Source: Trichosphaerium sp. ATCC 40318
Taxonomy: Eukaryota; Protista; Tubulinea
Assembly (NCBI GenBank): GCA_038496445.1
Contig: JALMLS010000510.1
Span: forward strand, 1-64,000
Reading direction: 5' to 3'
Length of the DNA: 64,000 nt
The position numbers were made by a program, and so were the translations under genes. The notes beneath the pieces were generated by a model. It had not been told where the DNA came from and did not search any database. It saw only the letters and a program-made list of their open reading frames with translations. How positions within the stretch are numbered: the stretch's first letter is position 1; each line of letters opens with the position of its first letter. Below, in pieces: positions 1 to 13,665 of the stretch.

Positions 1-1017
1 AAGAGTTGTTGTTTTCTTGGTCTGAAAAAAAGGTAAAAAAGCAACTTGAGAGAAATTTCCGGATTTTAGTGTCAAATACGCTTGTCGGTAACAGAAAATG
101 TTGGGGAAAGAGTCAGCCTATGCCGGAATGCTTTATATTGCGCGTCCGTCGACAATTTCAAAGAGTATTTGGGCGATTGGAGCTCAACAGACAAGACATT
201 CTGTAGTTCGTAACAAACATGCGACGTATGCGCAGAAGAATTAATTTTGAGTACTTTTCATTGTAAGTTTTTGCTTATTTGATCTGGTTTTTACAACATT
301 CAAATAGGCCTGTAGAGTTTGACATTAATACTTCAGCGCTTCATACATCATTTAAAGATCTCCAACGTACTTATCACCCTGACAAAATTCAGTCAAGCTC
401 CAAATGTACGTAAAACAATTATCGTAGCGTAGACGGGTCATTTGAGCAACACCACGTCAAAAATTCCGTTACGTATTTTCTAAATAGCGATCATAATCGC
501 AAACACTTAATAGTGGTTAGGCAGAGCGTACAGAGGCAGCAAAAATATCGTCCAATATTAACCTAAGTTATGATACACTAAAGGATCCAGCTGAAAGAGC
601 CATTTACTTGGTACGTATCTCGTAAGCGCGTCACGCCAATCAACGTTCTTTTTATCACTTGTTTCTCCACTTTTGTTCGAATTTTGTTTGTTGATGATAT
701 TCTAACTGGAACTGCAGCTTAAATTACGTGGCGTAGATGTAGAAACAGAAGGGAAGCATAATTTGACACCTGATTTACTTATGCAAGTTTTTGATTTACG
801 AGAGACACTAGAATCATCTACGGATGTAACAGAGCTTACAGAGTCAAGGGATCAAGTAGTAGAGAAAGAAAAGGCTTGTTTAGAAGTTGTTTCTGGAGCT
901 TTCAAACGTGATATCCAAGATGACTGTTTAACGGCTGTAGCAGAACTATTGTTTTGGTCCAAGCTGAAGAACGAGTTTGCAGATAAAATTTTTAAACTGG
1001 AAAACAAGGCCAACTAG
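1..1017 (+). CDS. HSCB: Fe-S cluster co-chaperone HscB/Hsc20 (J-domain), multi-exon; 5' end uncertain
   Basis: Spliced exons read EYFSLPVEFDINTSALHTSFKDLQRTYHPDK...AAKISSNINLSYDTLKDPAERAIYL..., then TPDLLMQVFDLRE. HPD motif and CW/CDVC Cys motifs present. One apparent extra A near 384-387. Confidence 0.85.
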
Positions 1018-1266
1018 ATACTATAAGCATGTTGTAGGTGTTGTTAACGCGGATGCCAGCCGCTGTGATTGTAAATAAATTAAAAAAAAGCCAAGGTAAT
1101 TAGTAATTGGTTTTAGGTTTCTATCTATACAGTACATATTGTTTAACACCTTGTTCAGTCGTTTCGGTGTTATTATAAAAAAAACCGTTATTATTTACAA
1201 TACAGCTCCATTGACACGTTTAAGCTGACTATTAGAACATGCCTTCGTCTGCAGCTTCTCTAAAAA

Positions 1267-2101
1267 TTAAACAAAATAAGTACAAAAAAAATTAGTGGTG
1301 AGTAGAGCGTGTATGTCTACGTGCCTGCCCCTCGTTTTTTCTTGAGATCTTACAGTCTTTTTGACAAATCCCTTTGGCATTGATTTGCCTTCGTTCTCGT
1401 CGTGGTAGTAGCTGTGCATGTAAGCAGCATCACAGAAAGATGTCAGGTGCTTATTAGCCAATGTGTCCGCTGTGACGCCTGTAACATAACAAGACCTTGG
1501 ATATGGTATTTTGTAGTGCATGGCTAGTTCCATCCTCTGTGAATGGAGTGAGTTACAAGGCACGTGGAGAAATATGGTAAACGCTGTATTTCGGTGGTTA
1601 AAGCGATTTGTGGAGCATCCTGGGTTTGTAGAGATGTTACGATGTTTGTTTGAAAAAAAAGTAAAAGTAAGCTTCTTGAGGCAATCTGTCATGGACTTCA
1701 TGCGTTGTTGACGGTTTTAAGCATGACAAAAAAAAAACGGCGTTATGAAATCAGTGATGATCAAAAGATTTCCCTGGGCTCGTATTTGCAGTGATTTTAA
1801 ACTATTGAGTTATGAAATTACCGTTTCTGCCTCAAATAACTTCGCGTCTATCACTTCTGGGTCTATAATGTCTATATTGCGCCTATGGAGTCGTTAGTAC
1901 GTTAAAAGACGAATACAGGTAATTAAAAAATACGAACCTGTACAATCTCTGAAGTTCATTTTTAATGTATGCTCGCTCTTTATCGCGCTTGGTTATCTCC
2001 ATATCAGGACCATCCCACTCTTTTCCATGACGACGGATTTGTCTGTACAAACTTAGCGCTCTTGAGCGTTGTTTAGCAGCACGAATAGTAAGTGATGCCA
2101 T
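1267..2101 (-). CDS. LYRM1: LYR-motif protein, LYRM1-like (3 exons; 3' end uncertain)
   Basis: ALSLYRQIRRHGKEW...ERAYIKNELQRLYRRNIDIIDPEVIDAKLFEAETRMELAMHYKIPYPR...AYMHSYY, reconstructed across GT-AG introns. Confidence 0.85.
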
Positions 2102-2811
2102 TCCGTCACCCTATAAACGCTTTCAAGTGCACAGAAATCTAAAAGTCCACAAAAGTCACGTTCGGTTTTTTGTACAATTTCCCCGAGCCCGAACCTTCAC
2201 GTGACATAAATAAATCCCACGTGCTTTCTTGCTAGTGTATTTTCAAGGTATCTATGTTGTTAGCGCACTTGCGTTGATAAGCTATAGTTCATAAACTGTG
2301 TAAACAGCTCCTGTACAGTGGAAGCAAAATGTGCACTTGCAATTATGTTCATTATAGCACTGTCTAAAGGCGTCAGGGAAAACAAAGGAGAAACTAGAAG
2401 TAGTTGTTTATGATTTTTTTGTTAGTTGCAACTTACAGCTCCTTGAGTACGAAACCTGTGACGTTAGGTTCAGCCTAGAGTTTATATTCATAACAACCTT
2501 CGAAGTCAAATAGTTGAGATGTCCCTGTCAAACAACAAAAACTTAAAAACAATACACATATTGCAGAGTGGCAATATTTAGAGGTCAACTTACAGTATGA
2601 TAATTGTTGAACATTGGTTTAAACCATTCAATAGTAATCGCCATTTTCTTCAGCTATACCAGTTAGTAGTACATTGACCAAGATGTTAATTGAGCTTAAG
2701 GATTCAGGTTGAAGGAGCGTATCACTGTCAAGAAATTGCAGCAACCTCACACAAACTATTTCAAGATTCGGTGTCGATACAAAAGTTGAGAATAAACAGT
2801 TTTATTAAACT

Positions 2812-3995
2812 TTAACAAATCTCAAATTCAATATCACCACTTGCTGTGTATACCCACTTTCTTGACGCACGCTGTGCTATTGTCATCTCTCCCTTTTGAT
2901 CGTTAACTTCCTTAATATCGTCAAGACAATAATGGCCCTTGATAGTGTATATTCCAGGAACAAAGGTGAACCAGTCTCTGAGATTGAAGTGTATCTCTTC
3001 TGATTTTTCTCCAGGCTTAAGATTTGGTGTTCCATAGATACCTCCCATACTCATGAATTCAGCTGTTTGTATTTGTTGTAGTATAACGCCTTTACTATCT
3101 ACAGCCTCAAATGTGAAAGTTTCACAACGTCCATTGTGAGTTCCTCTGTAGTTTCCACCATGGTTGTAACTGTAAGCAGACAATTAGTTTAGAAAATCGA
3201 AGAACAAAACAAACTGGCTACCACGCTCTTTAAGATTTTCAATAAACAATAATAGTAAAAACATATCCTTTGAATCGCATGACTAGGTTGCTGCTTTGAA
3301 CAACAGCACAAGGGATTGAACCAAAAAATCAAGAAATGTGAAAGCCAAAAATGAAACGCACCTAAATGCAACGTTGTGTGTATTCTCAAGCTGGAATGTT
3401 CCGATTATGTCCTCGGTTGAGTTGAAGGACTTCTTTGAAATATTGAAATGTGCTTTGAATGAAATACCAGGGTCTTTACACAAATACAACTCCTTACCAA
3501 GAGCTTTCGCAATTTTTTCAGCATCAGTCTAAAAAAAAACAATCAAAAAAAAAAGTTTCAAAGATCACGTGCCCGATCACATGTAGCTAAATAGAAATGG
3601 TTCTCTCCAGTACATCCAGATGATTCAATATAGTAGTAAGTGCCATTGAAGTTGCAACAGATGATGTCTTGCTTGTGTTTTGATTCAAAGTAAAGCGAGA
3701 ATGTTGTGTTTTCTTTGTTGTTTGAATAAATATTAAATGAAGTAAATGGGATATTCTTTGATGGATCTATCTTAATCTTCCGTATTATATACGTAGTCGA
3801 TATCTCTTCTCCATTTTCACTACTTACGTGAAGTGTAATGCGTTTGTTTTCGTTTGCCTTTCAATAGAGTTAAAATCGCTTTAAAGTTGCATATACGGCT
3901 GTTTGCCATATTAAAAGTAAGTATTACGCACTTGTTGCTCCATTGTGAGTTGATACGACAAAGTTATGAAAGATTTTGACTTACGCGCTTGCCAT
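2812..3995 (-). CDS. Hypothetical multi-exon protein, one probable GC-AG intron
   Basis: Exons join in frame (IKIDPSKNIP...YLATCDR|TDAEKIAKALGKELYLCKDPG...AF|SYNHGGNYRG...LKPGE...PGIYTI). Donor GCACGT at about 3571. Confidence 0.55.
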
Positions 3996-4282
3996 TTTCA
4001 GAGAACTATTGAGCTTTCGGTTCTTACAATTGTGTTTGTCTAGAAAGGACTATGTGCTACACAAAATAACCAGTGCTGTCCAATAGAAATGAAAATACAG
4101 TCCAGTAGGCGGCCTACACAGAAAGCGTTTTTGTATTTATACAAACACATTAATCACTCAATGACGTGGCTTTGAAGTACTCCTCTTAGCGAGAAGACTT
4201 AGTATTGTAGTAGTTATCGATTTTCAAGGTAGCCTGTTCTAATATCAAAGTTAGTCGTTTAAGCACCGCAGGCATCTCGTTT

Positions 4283-4813
4283 ATGGTGTACAGAAGCAAC
4301 AATTGTATGGGTTGTTGCAAGATAGGTCGCCTTGCATTGTGCGAGGTTTCAGTATTTCTGGCACGCTTTAAACACGCAGCAGATGTAGAAGGATCATTGT
4401 ATGTAGGCTTGCCTGGAAACTCTGGGAGACCGCTAATGAAGAATGTATCGGATTCCTTGAGAGCAAAGTAATACATCGTAACAGACTCGTTTAGGAGCTA
4501 TATACGGTTGGCAAACTATTATTCTTACAAACACCATAACGCGATTTACAGTGAAAGACATCACTGTCATGTGAAAAGTCAGAACATGTGATACTTTAAA
4601 AAACGATTATGAAATTGGAAGAAACAAACGCTGTGCACTGCAAGCGAGTGGCAAAAACTATTGAATGCCATTATGCAACCCACAGAGGCACGCTTGAATA
4701 CAAGAAAATACACTCTAGCAAACAATAAACTAAACATGGAGACTGCTTTTGAGGATGTAGACTACTATGGCCTAACGATTGGAGTGCTGTCCTTAGCTAC
4801 CAACTTGCCGTAG
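4283..4813 (+). pseudogene. Possible degraded gene with BTB/POZ-like C-terminal motif
   Basis: Broken frames ending ...SEWQKLLNAIM...TAFEDVDYYGLTI. Weak motif only. Confidence 0.2.
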
Positions 4814-5075
4814 CGAGTACAAATCTAGTTGCTATTACATTCTGAATGATAGTTGCAACAATTATTCGCACGAAAGCGGCAAAGCTTTTTTGTTTAATGT
4901 ATTGTAAAAGAATTCTGGTGTAAATATGTTCCCCTGGGACCGATTATTAAAACTTTTCAGTACATATCATGCTCTCTGCTGTGATGTATTTAGGCATATG
5001 GTCTTGTCAGTGTGTTGACAGCTCTTCTCAACACTGTATGGTCTGTAACGCTCTGTACTTAACTATGTTACTTAA

Positions 5076-5812
5076 GGGTGTCCTTCCACAATTGCCAAAA
5101 AGCCTTAGAAGGCCTAATTTTTTGCTTGCATGTTGCACACACCTAGGGCAACCAGCGTAGCGCTTTACAGCTACGCTGGTGGCCTTTAAAAAATTGAAAA
5201 AAAAAACTGCTTAAACTCATCTACCAAAACTGAAAATTATCTTTCACGTGTTTCTCTACCATATAAATGCGTTTTAGGCTATTTTACGTTTTTATTTAAG
5301 ATAAAACCTGTATTCGATGTTCGTTTTCATTGCTTGCGCTTGTCATAACCGTGGTAACCGCGTACCTGCGTATTAAGCAAATTCAAGCCTGTTCAAAAAA
5401 GAAAAAATACTAAAATTTTTACTACATGACCTACAGCGACTATTAGGAGGTAGCTAATTATACTGCCAGATTTATTTATTTTGTACGCTTACTCGCGTAG
5501 ACTATCATTAGATATCGTGTACTAGTTCCAAAATAGGAAAAATACAGCTGCTAAACCTTATATTCGAAGCTGATATTGGTAGAACCACCTTAAATAGGTG
5601 TGGAGGCTTTGAATATAAGGTTTAAGAGAAATCTGAGGGTGTGCAATTGAGAAAAAAAAAACTGCTAAAAACAGCAAATCATCCTGGTCAAAGTTCATAT
5701 TCGAAGCCAATTTTTTACACAGAGCTGCGCATATACATGGTTATTGTATGGTAAAAATATAAAGCAAATCAGAGAGTGTGCAATTTTGTAATGCTATTCC
5801 GGAAGGACGCCC
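5076..5812. mobile_element. Non-autonomous TIR DNA transposon (MITE) with TTAA TSD, Kolobok-like termini
   Basis: TTAA(5072-5075)|GGGTGTCCTTCC ... GGAAGGACGCCC|TTAA(5813-5816). Internal hairpins at about 5154-5179 and 5552-5624. No transposase ORF. Confidence 0.7.
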
Positions 5813-6547
5813 TTAAATAAATAGGTAGTTTCCGTATATCCAACCTTCGTACCCTTATACACCTTGTCCTAATAAGGGTAAATATTATTGTTTTGTCACC
5901 AATACCCAAATCAATCTAAAGATGCGACAATGTTTTGATAACTAATACCCAATTTAGACATAAATAGTCCTGATTTAGATATGAATTAGTTATTTGTTGC
6001 CAATACCCCAAATTCAATCAAATGTTTCGATAAATAATCCACACATGTAGATTGATTGCGCTTAATTAGGAAATAAATTAGCGTTTTTGTCACCACCCAT
6101 GATTGATTTAGTCGCCCGATTTAGATAAAAATTAGTGATTTAGATACCCTTCCATGGTCAAATTTGATTAACATTATACTGTCTGCAAAGAGATCGCTGT
6201 CAAGCTATTGGCCGGTACGAATTCCCTTTACCAATGTCACGAATCACGTGACTAAGCTAGTTTTACATTTCTTTTCAACTGACGTGCTGTCCCAAATCAC
6301 GTGATTTCTCTTTGTTAGGAGGTTGGGAGACAAAGATATAAGTCAGGAGTTTGGTTAAGCTTCAGTGAGTTATTAACAAGTTTGACCATTACTGTAAGAT
6401 ACACACCACGTGATTTACTATTACTTAACCTTGTACAAAACCCCCTTACACAATAAATACACTACGGAGTTTACTACCACTCGGACCCAGTACACTTATA
6501 CCTCTTTACATTACACTCATCAAATTTTGTCGATCAAGCAAGAAGCT

Positions 6548-7449
6548 ATGAATCGAGTTACACATCTTCAAAGTATGCCACCAGAGACGATTACTCATAT
6601 TTTGAGTTTTCTAAACAGAAACAGCGTATTAGAGCTTGTAGAGTGTCTAGTGTATTCAAAGACATCATACGTAATAATCTTGGCTTTAATACCATCAAAT
6701 TACGTGATTCAACAGATTGTTGTGTTCTCTTTGAAAGTCCTTTGCTCAGAAACACTAAAATTGTTTGTAAGTATCTAGAACTAGAAGAGAACGACTTGGA
6801 GTATCTTTATGGTGTTCGTACCATTGATTTAAAGGGTGCCACATTGACAGATGCAGATATCGTTGGACTAGTAAACATAGGGCAACTTTTTAATCACAGC
6901 AGCTCCATTCATACAATAGACTTGAGTGAAACGTCCATCACAGATGTATCATTAAAGGAGCTCAAAGGTGTACATACAATTGATATTAGCCTTTGCAAGA
7001 ATATTACAGTTGAAGGAATAAAGGCACTAAAAGAAGCTCATAAAGTTGTCCTCTCCAATCCTCAAGACTCATGGTTGAAGTATCTATGTAATGTCCATAC
7101 ACTCATTATTGATAAAGCTAAAATGGTGACTGATGATGGATTCTCATTGTTGATAAATGTGAATACCCTTTCCTTGATTAGGTGTCAGAATATAACAGAC
7201 TCAGGTTTGAAGAACTTGGCCAACCTGAAGCATCTTGCTGTTTTTTGGGGTAATGGGATTACAGACTTAGGATTAAAGTACTTGGTCAACCTTGAAGTTC
7301 TTTACCTTATAGGTAATGATATGGTCACCAGTGAATGTTTTGAGCACTTGAAATCACTTAAACGCCTAGTTATAAAGGGTTGTAGACAGATTAATCTTAC
7401 AAAAGAAAACTTTGCAGAGTTAAGTATAACTTTTGTTTCATTTTATTAG
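6548..7449 (+). CDS. Intronless F-box + LRR (VHTIDL-type) protein, 1-nt frameshift near 6637
   Basis: MNRVTHLQSMPPETITHILSFL (F-box) switches frame into RVSSVFKDII... followed by LRR repeats. Confidence 0.8.
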
Positions 7450-7834
7450 GTGTAACTTAATTTCAAAAAAAACCAAAGAAGAAAACAAGAAAAAAACAAG
7501 AAAAAAACCCCCAACTCCAACTTTTTCATTGCAAGGAGGCATCATAGATTGTTGTAAACAAATTTTTTTTTGATTGGTGTAATTATTACTAGTAGTCCAT
7601 TAATATAGTCAGTTATTTAATCTTTTTTCAGTATTATTTGGTTAAGCAGAAAGAAAACACATGGTAATCAAACAAAGGGGTGACTAGACAGGTTTGGGCT
7701 TTAAAAGGTGCAAAACCCAAGACGCTATGCCAGAATGCTTAGCCTGTGACCCAAGAAGTTAGGAAATGACATGATTTATTTTGGGAATACAGGAGGGGTG
7801 TTGTCTAGTCGATATGGAGTTGGTAAAGTGTTTT

Positions 7835-9480
7835 TTATTTGCATACAAACTCTATTTCTTCATTTGGATTTGTTAGATCCCATTCAGGGTTTACTTTCAA
7901 TAATTTAGACGGATCATCCTGCAACTTTTTAATCAGCCAGTCATGAGTCTTCAAAAAAGAACCAACATCAAACATAAACCGAGCCTTTTGGTGCAAGAAA
8001 AAAAAGGTTAGAACAAAAGTCAAAACTAAATTTTGTTCTCCTTTGAGATTGAAGGATACCCAAGTAAGAGTTTTACATCAAAAGAAAATAAAAGTATCTA
8101 ACTTAGAGGAGATTGTCAAAAAAAAAAAAAAAAAAGAGAAGTTTAAGTTTACCTTGCCAAAGTTTATGTTAATAACATCGCTTGAATTAACTACTGTAAC
8201 TGTAGGATGAACCAAATCTCTTTCTTCCTCTGAAAAAGTAATTGAACCAAGTTCACATAGTTTCCCATTTAAAGTAGCAAAGACAAGGCCATTTGCAAGC
8301 AATCCAGCGCCTGAAAGAGTTAAGATTAGTTGAAAAAAAAACCCCTTTCAGATTTCATCAAACAAAAACATTAACTCACCAATAGTGCATCCAGGACCTA
8401 GATTTCTATCTTCATTTTCGTATGTAAATGAGTGTTTCCAACCTGAATTTCCATGGAACTTTCCTATTATCCAGTTAATTGACGAAAAAAGGATACTTGA
8501 AAAACAATTTCCAAAAAAATTGTTTCATACCTGCATCATCACTGTGGAATCCAATACTATGTAAATTCCATCCAACAGCGTTGTTTCTAGTATAATTAAA
8601 CTGACCGAACCCAATACAACCTTGTCTAAACGATTCTTTAGCTAATATTTACAACTAAAGAAAGCAACAACAAAGATTGAGCATACCCTTCAACGACTTC
8701 GATTTCATAATAAGCTACTTTTAAATCAAATATTTCAGAAACCCACGGCCATCTTTGGATTGATTGATCCGTCTAAAATAACAAGTGAGCTCTAGCTATC
8801 TTGGAACCGAAAGCAACAGCCAAAAAAACTGTATACAGTAGCTTTTTGTAAAAAAAAAAAGAGAATGTTGTCCTACAAAGTTTTGACACATACAATGATG
8901 TAACCAATTGCTCTTGATAACCTTAGTCGGCCATCATTAGTATTCGTAATAACGCTAGCCTCACGCCCATCATCTCTTTTGTAACCAAACGTTGAAGGGT
9001 ATGTAAAGGCTAAAAATAGGCATCAGAGCAAATTTTTTTTTTGGCAAATGGTTTGTGTCACCAACAGTTTTTTGCACGTTGTGGTGCCTGTGGTACAACA
9101 AGTTTTGTCTTAAAGCCATTCAACGCTGTTTTAATAAAACAAATCTCTCAATACGTACTAAGCTCCTTGTAAACTTCTATGTTGCTCTTCTTCGCGTCAA
9201 GTAGTGGTATTATGTCAGTATAATCGCGTTTTAACAGCAATCGCCAGATCCATTCGTAATTGTTTATCTGGAATTAGTTATAATTGTGTAGGAGTCTAGT
9301 GAGTACTTCATTTAGCGTATTATTCGTTGCGAAGAGCGATAAAGCATCCTTTACGTCTAAACGGGACACAATCATTCCGTAAATGTCCTATGAGGGCTAA
9401 TTAGCATTTTAATTACCTTTTGAGCGTAACTGTATGTAGTGTATCCAACGTGAGGCTATATGCCTGAATAAGTGCCATAC
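7835..9480 (-). CDS. F-box + SPRY domain protein, multi-exon; start uncertain
   Basis: DIYGMIVSRLDVKDALSLFATN...WIWR (F-box-like). AYYEIEVV, VGWNLHSIGFHSDDAGKFH, GPGCTIGAGL, VFATLNG, HPTVTV, NINFGK (SPRY). Confidence 0.8.
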
Positions 9481-9989
9481 TGTTCTGGAGTGGTTAGTGG
9501 AAGCGGTTCGTACACGAAAAGCGGTTGGCGCGACTGTTCGTTCTTTGAAATAGGCAAACGGTCAGTACTTTTCTCATGTTTGAAACTTCGACTTATAACC
9601 TGAAACCTTGTATTTTTGGAGAATACAGATTGTTGATTCAAAGTATTCAATATCTATTGGAGGATGTCCAGGCTAATTTCCAATTCTTGAGTGGTCATGC
9701 AGGTGACATGTTGCCTACCACCTTTATCTTATCATATGACATGCAATTTAATATTGTTGTGGTACATATGTTCTGCGCAACAGCGCGGATACAACTGTCA
9801 AAAAAGTAACAATTATCACGTGACATACGGATTGACGATTCTCGTATGGTGTAAATCAATCAGTCAAAAGCGAGGTGTATGTACTTTCTGGCAGCCCTTT
9901 ACTTCAGAACACTGCAATTTCTTTGCATTTTATCAGCAATACAGTCTTCGATGATTCTTTACAGTGCGCTCAATTGATCTTTTTTGTTG

Positions 9990-10530
9990 TCAGAGAATAA
10001 CAGACGATGGAATAAAAGCATTAGCCGGTGTACACAATATCAAATTAGGAGCCGCAAGAGTAACAGACGAAGGTTTGATAGCTTTGGCTGGTGTACACTA
10101 TCAACTTGATGAGTTGCTTTCACATAACAGATGAAGGTTTGAAAGCTTTGGCTGGTGTACACAGTATCGACTTGTCGCAATGCAATAACATAACAGATTC
10201 AGGTATCAAGGCATTGGCAAGAGATACACACAATCGCTTTTTCGGGTTGTCATAACATAACAGATGACGGTTTGTCAGCATTAACAGGTGTACACACTAT
10301 CAACTTGTTTAATTGTAAATCAATAACGGATTCGGGTATTAAGGCGTTGGCAGGTGTACACATGATCTTTGGTGTGTGCCAATGTGACAGATGAATGTGT
10401 AAAAGCATTAGTAGGTGTACATACTATTGATTTAACACGTACAAGTGTGTCAGACGAAGGTTTGAAGGCATTGGGAAGTGTACATAACATCTACTTGATA
10501 GAATGCAATAGAATAACAGATGAGGGTGTA
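9990..10530 (+). pseudogene. Frameshifted LRR (ITDxGxKALxGVHTI) gene fragment
   Basis: Repeated ITDDGIKALAGVH units with several frameshifts and no clear start. Confidence 0.8.
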
Positions 10531-11273
10531 ACTAAGCCTTGCTACTACATGACTTGTACTTGTATGTTAATAAAATTATCTTGAATACTAGTACCCTTAT
10601 AAACGTATAATTATCAGGGATGACGTTTGATTATACAAAACAATAGCATAATTGAAATGAAAACTAGACTCAAATACAAATAGATTTGTTGTAAAAAATC
10701 GTCACTTAGCATACTCATGATCTGTGTTCATCAACAACTAACAGTAACAAATAGACTTTAGTTGCTACAAAATCGGACTTAGAAGCCAATAAACACAAAG
10801 AGATACATTCTTACACTCTCTGCGAAGAGAAGCAACTTTGACTTTTTAGTAGCACCGATGATATTTGGTACACCCATTTATGGATGCAGCACAGTGAACT
10901 TTGAAGTACCCCATTATGGTGTTTTACCATCAATGAATAGCGACAAGTCTATGCCTGTGTATCTGAAGCTTGTCCATGGGATCTTCCATGCATGGTACAT
11001 CATCTACTGTAACACAGCGTTGAGCGTGATGATTGTGATGTAAACAGTATACTCATGTTATATGGCAGGGTAGTGTAGGTCACATTGTAAACAGTAGCGA
11101 AACATGAGTCACTTCAGTTTTGGGCAAGACCAGAAAACCGATTTCTGAGTTTTTAAGTGCCAATACCGTGTTGGAAGAAAAAGCCTTGTAAAATATCACG
11201 TGTACTTTGGATAGCTTAACAAGTATGTTAAGGCATGACTAAAAAGGAACGCACGTGATTCATTACAACAATA

Positions 11274-12348
11274 ATGGCGTATGTAGCTAGCGTAATGATA
11301 TTTAAAGCCAATGGCTTAAAGGCAATGGATAGAAATGGTACTTCAGATCCTTTTGTAAAATGTACGTTAAGAGGAAATGATAAGGTTAAATTCCAAACAA
11401 AGGTGCGTAGTAGAATACAAAGTAGCCGTTTTCTTACAGTCTCAGACGGTTTAAAGTTTTTTTTTTTATTTCTTTCGCTAGTGCCTTCATCCAACTATTA
11501 ACGTTGATGAGGGGTTGTTGGTAGTTAAATTGGTTAATTTTGTTTCGTTTTTTCAGGTTGAAAAGAAGACGTTGTCCCCTGTTTGGCAAGAGCACTGGCC
11601 GGTTACTGTAGGTGCCAGAGAAGAGCTTATATTTACTGTATATGACAGAGATCCGGTTTACAAAGGGAAAGATTTCTTAGGCGAGGCGAGGGTTAAAGTT
11701 GCTACGCTGCCAGATGATCATCGTGCTAGCTTCGAACTGGACTTACTACCACGAAATAACAAGGATAAAGGGATTACAGGCAAACTCTACGTAAACGCAC
11801 GTAAGGATAAGATTGGGAGTACGTATACTCCCCCACAGGCGTTTATTCTTATTGGAAACTGCGCACACGACATGGTTCAGTGCATAGTGCAAGGTATGTC
11901 GTTTTTGTCTTTTTTTCGGTTTTTTTTTGGAACTCTGGCTACGCGCTCTAGAAGAACAGGATTTCTTGTCTTTTTCTCAACTCTACATTTCTTTTGAGGT
12001 GTCCAGATCTTCGTTTAGTTCCTATTTAATCCGTAGCTAGGACGAGAAGATAAGTATACAAGGGGAGAGGACGTTATTAATGGAACAGCAAATATGATAA
12101 ACTACTACAGGTGTAGTGTTGATCAAATGGAGCGATTACGCAAGCTAGGACCTAAAACAAAGATTTTTCATGATGTTAAACCTGGGGAGCATCAACCCGG
12201 TTTAAAGAAGCAAGGATCAACGGATAAAGGGTTCTTTTTGGTTCTAACGGCGGAATTGCCTAACGGAAGCACGAGAAGCATTCGCGTAAAAGTATCAGTA
12301 GATAAAGGCAACAACGCTGTTTTCTTAGAGAGTTGTATCATAGTGTAG
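11274..12348 (+). CDS. C2-domain protein (3 exons)
   Basis: KANGLKAMDRNGTSDPFVK...KTLSPVWQE...FTVYDRD...DFLGEA, canonical Ca-binding C2 motifs. Confidence 0.9.
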
Positions 12349-12781
12349 CAAACATAGCTATAGTAATAAAATAGGAACATACAAGAAGGTTGGAACGTTT
12401 AGGTTACCGTTTTTTACCCCAATCTACCGAAGCTATCCTATTAGTGCATCTTCGTGGGTTAAGAGGAAAAAGTCACTTACTTGCTACTAATCAGGAGTTA
12501 CTTTTAGTAGCATTCAGTTAAATTGAATTCATTTCTCCAGGGTTGAAAATAGGTGCTACTACACTATGAGCTTTATAAGGTACTACATTGAGAGCGGCAG
12601 GTGCAACTCCAGTGTAAACCCTTGGTTATCATCGATGTATATGCTTGTCTTAAATTGGTCGTTCAGTACAATACAGTTAGTGTAGAACTTTGTTGACTTA
12701 ATTGCTTTGTTACTTAGTTTCAAAAAAAGCGATACTGTGTGGACTACCAAACAGCTCTCTAATTTTTGATACGCCTGTTCA

Positions 12782-13502
12782 ATGGAACAAAACAGATCGA
12801 TGATAGATGTGTATAGCTGTTTTAACGTTTTACATCTTCCTATGGAGATACAACTTGATACTATGGATCTAGACTTGGAAATATTTATAAAGTGGCCACT
12901 ATTGTGTAAACGTTCAGCATTTACAACAAGATTTGATAGTGAGTTAAATAAACATGGTAAATGGAAGACAAAAAGAAGAAAGTCCAACAAATTCTTTATT
13001 TCACATTGGGAACATGGTAGACTTCATGGAGGGTACATAACGTACATAAATGGGCAATTGGCTGAACTAACCACTTTTGTACATGGTAACCAAGAAGGAG
13101 AGAGCAAGATATGGTATGATAATGGCCAATTGAAGCAGCTGTGCTACTATCTTAATAATCAGCGGGAAGGAGTTTACAAAGATTGGTATGATAATGGTCA
13201 GTTGAGGTCTCAGTGGACTTACATCAATGGCAAACGGGAAGGAGAGTGTAAGAGGTGGTATTTTAATGGCAAGTTGAGCATATTGTGTTACTACATTGAT
13301 GATTCACTTGAAGGAGAGCACAAGAAGTGGTATGACAATGGTACAATTATCTGAATTGTACTATTACGTAGATGGCATGAGGCATGGGCAGTTCATATCA
13401 TGGAACCATGATGGTCTTCAATGTGAAAAGGGTATTTATAAAATGGGGAGGAAATATATGTTACCTTCTTTAATGTACAGAGCACGTGTATTAATTTTCT
13501 AA
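12782..13502 (+). CDS. Intronless MORN-variant repeat protein with F-box-like N-terminus; frameshift near 13343
   Basis: Repeats of WYDNGQL...Y.N..REG. N-terminal LHLPMEIQL. Confidence 0.8.
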
Positions 13503-13665
13503 CAAAGCAGCAATTTCAATACCAAACAAAATTGCATTGTTCAAAGCTACTAGTATTAATCCGACAAATACAACAAGAACAGATTAGAAGAGAACCCATC
13601 TCTAGGCATGACCCTAAGAACTTTGTTGCTCTACTGCGAGAACGCTAGCTAATCACTGCAATGTA

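Noticed and set aside
380-410. Frameshifts in HscB and others (6637, 13343) as programmed frameshifting or RNA editing
   Set aside because: The HscB shift is one extra A in a homopolymer of a conserved gene, so assembly error is simpler. No shared slippery motif among the sites.
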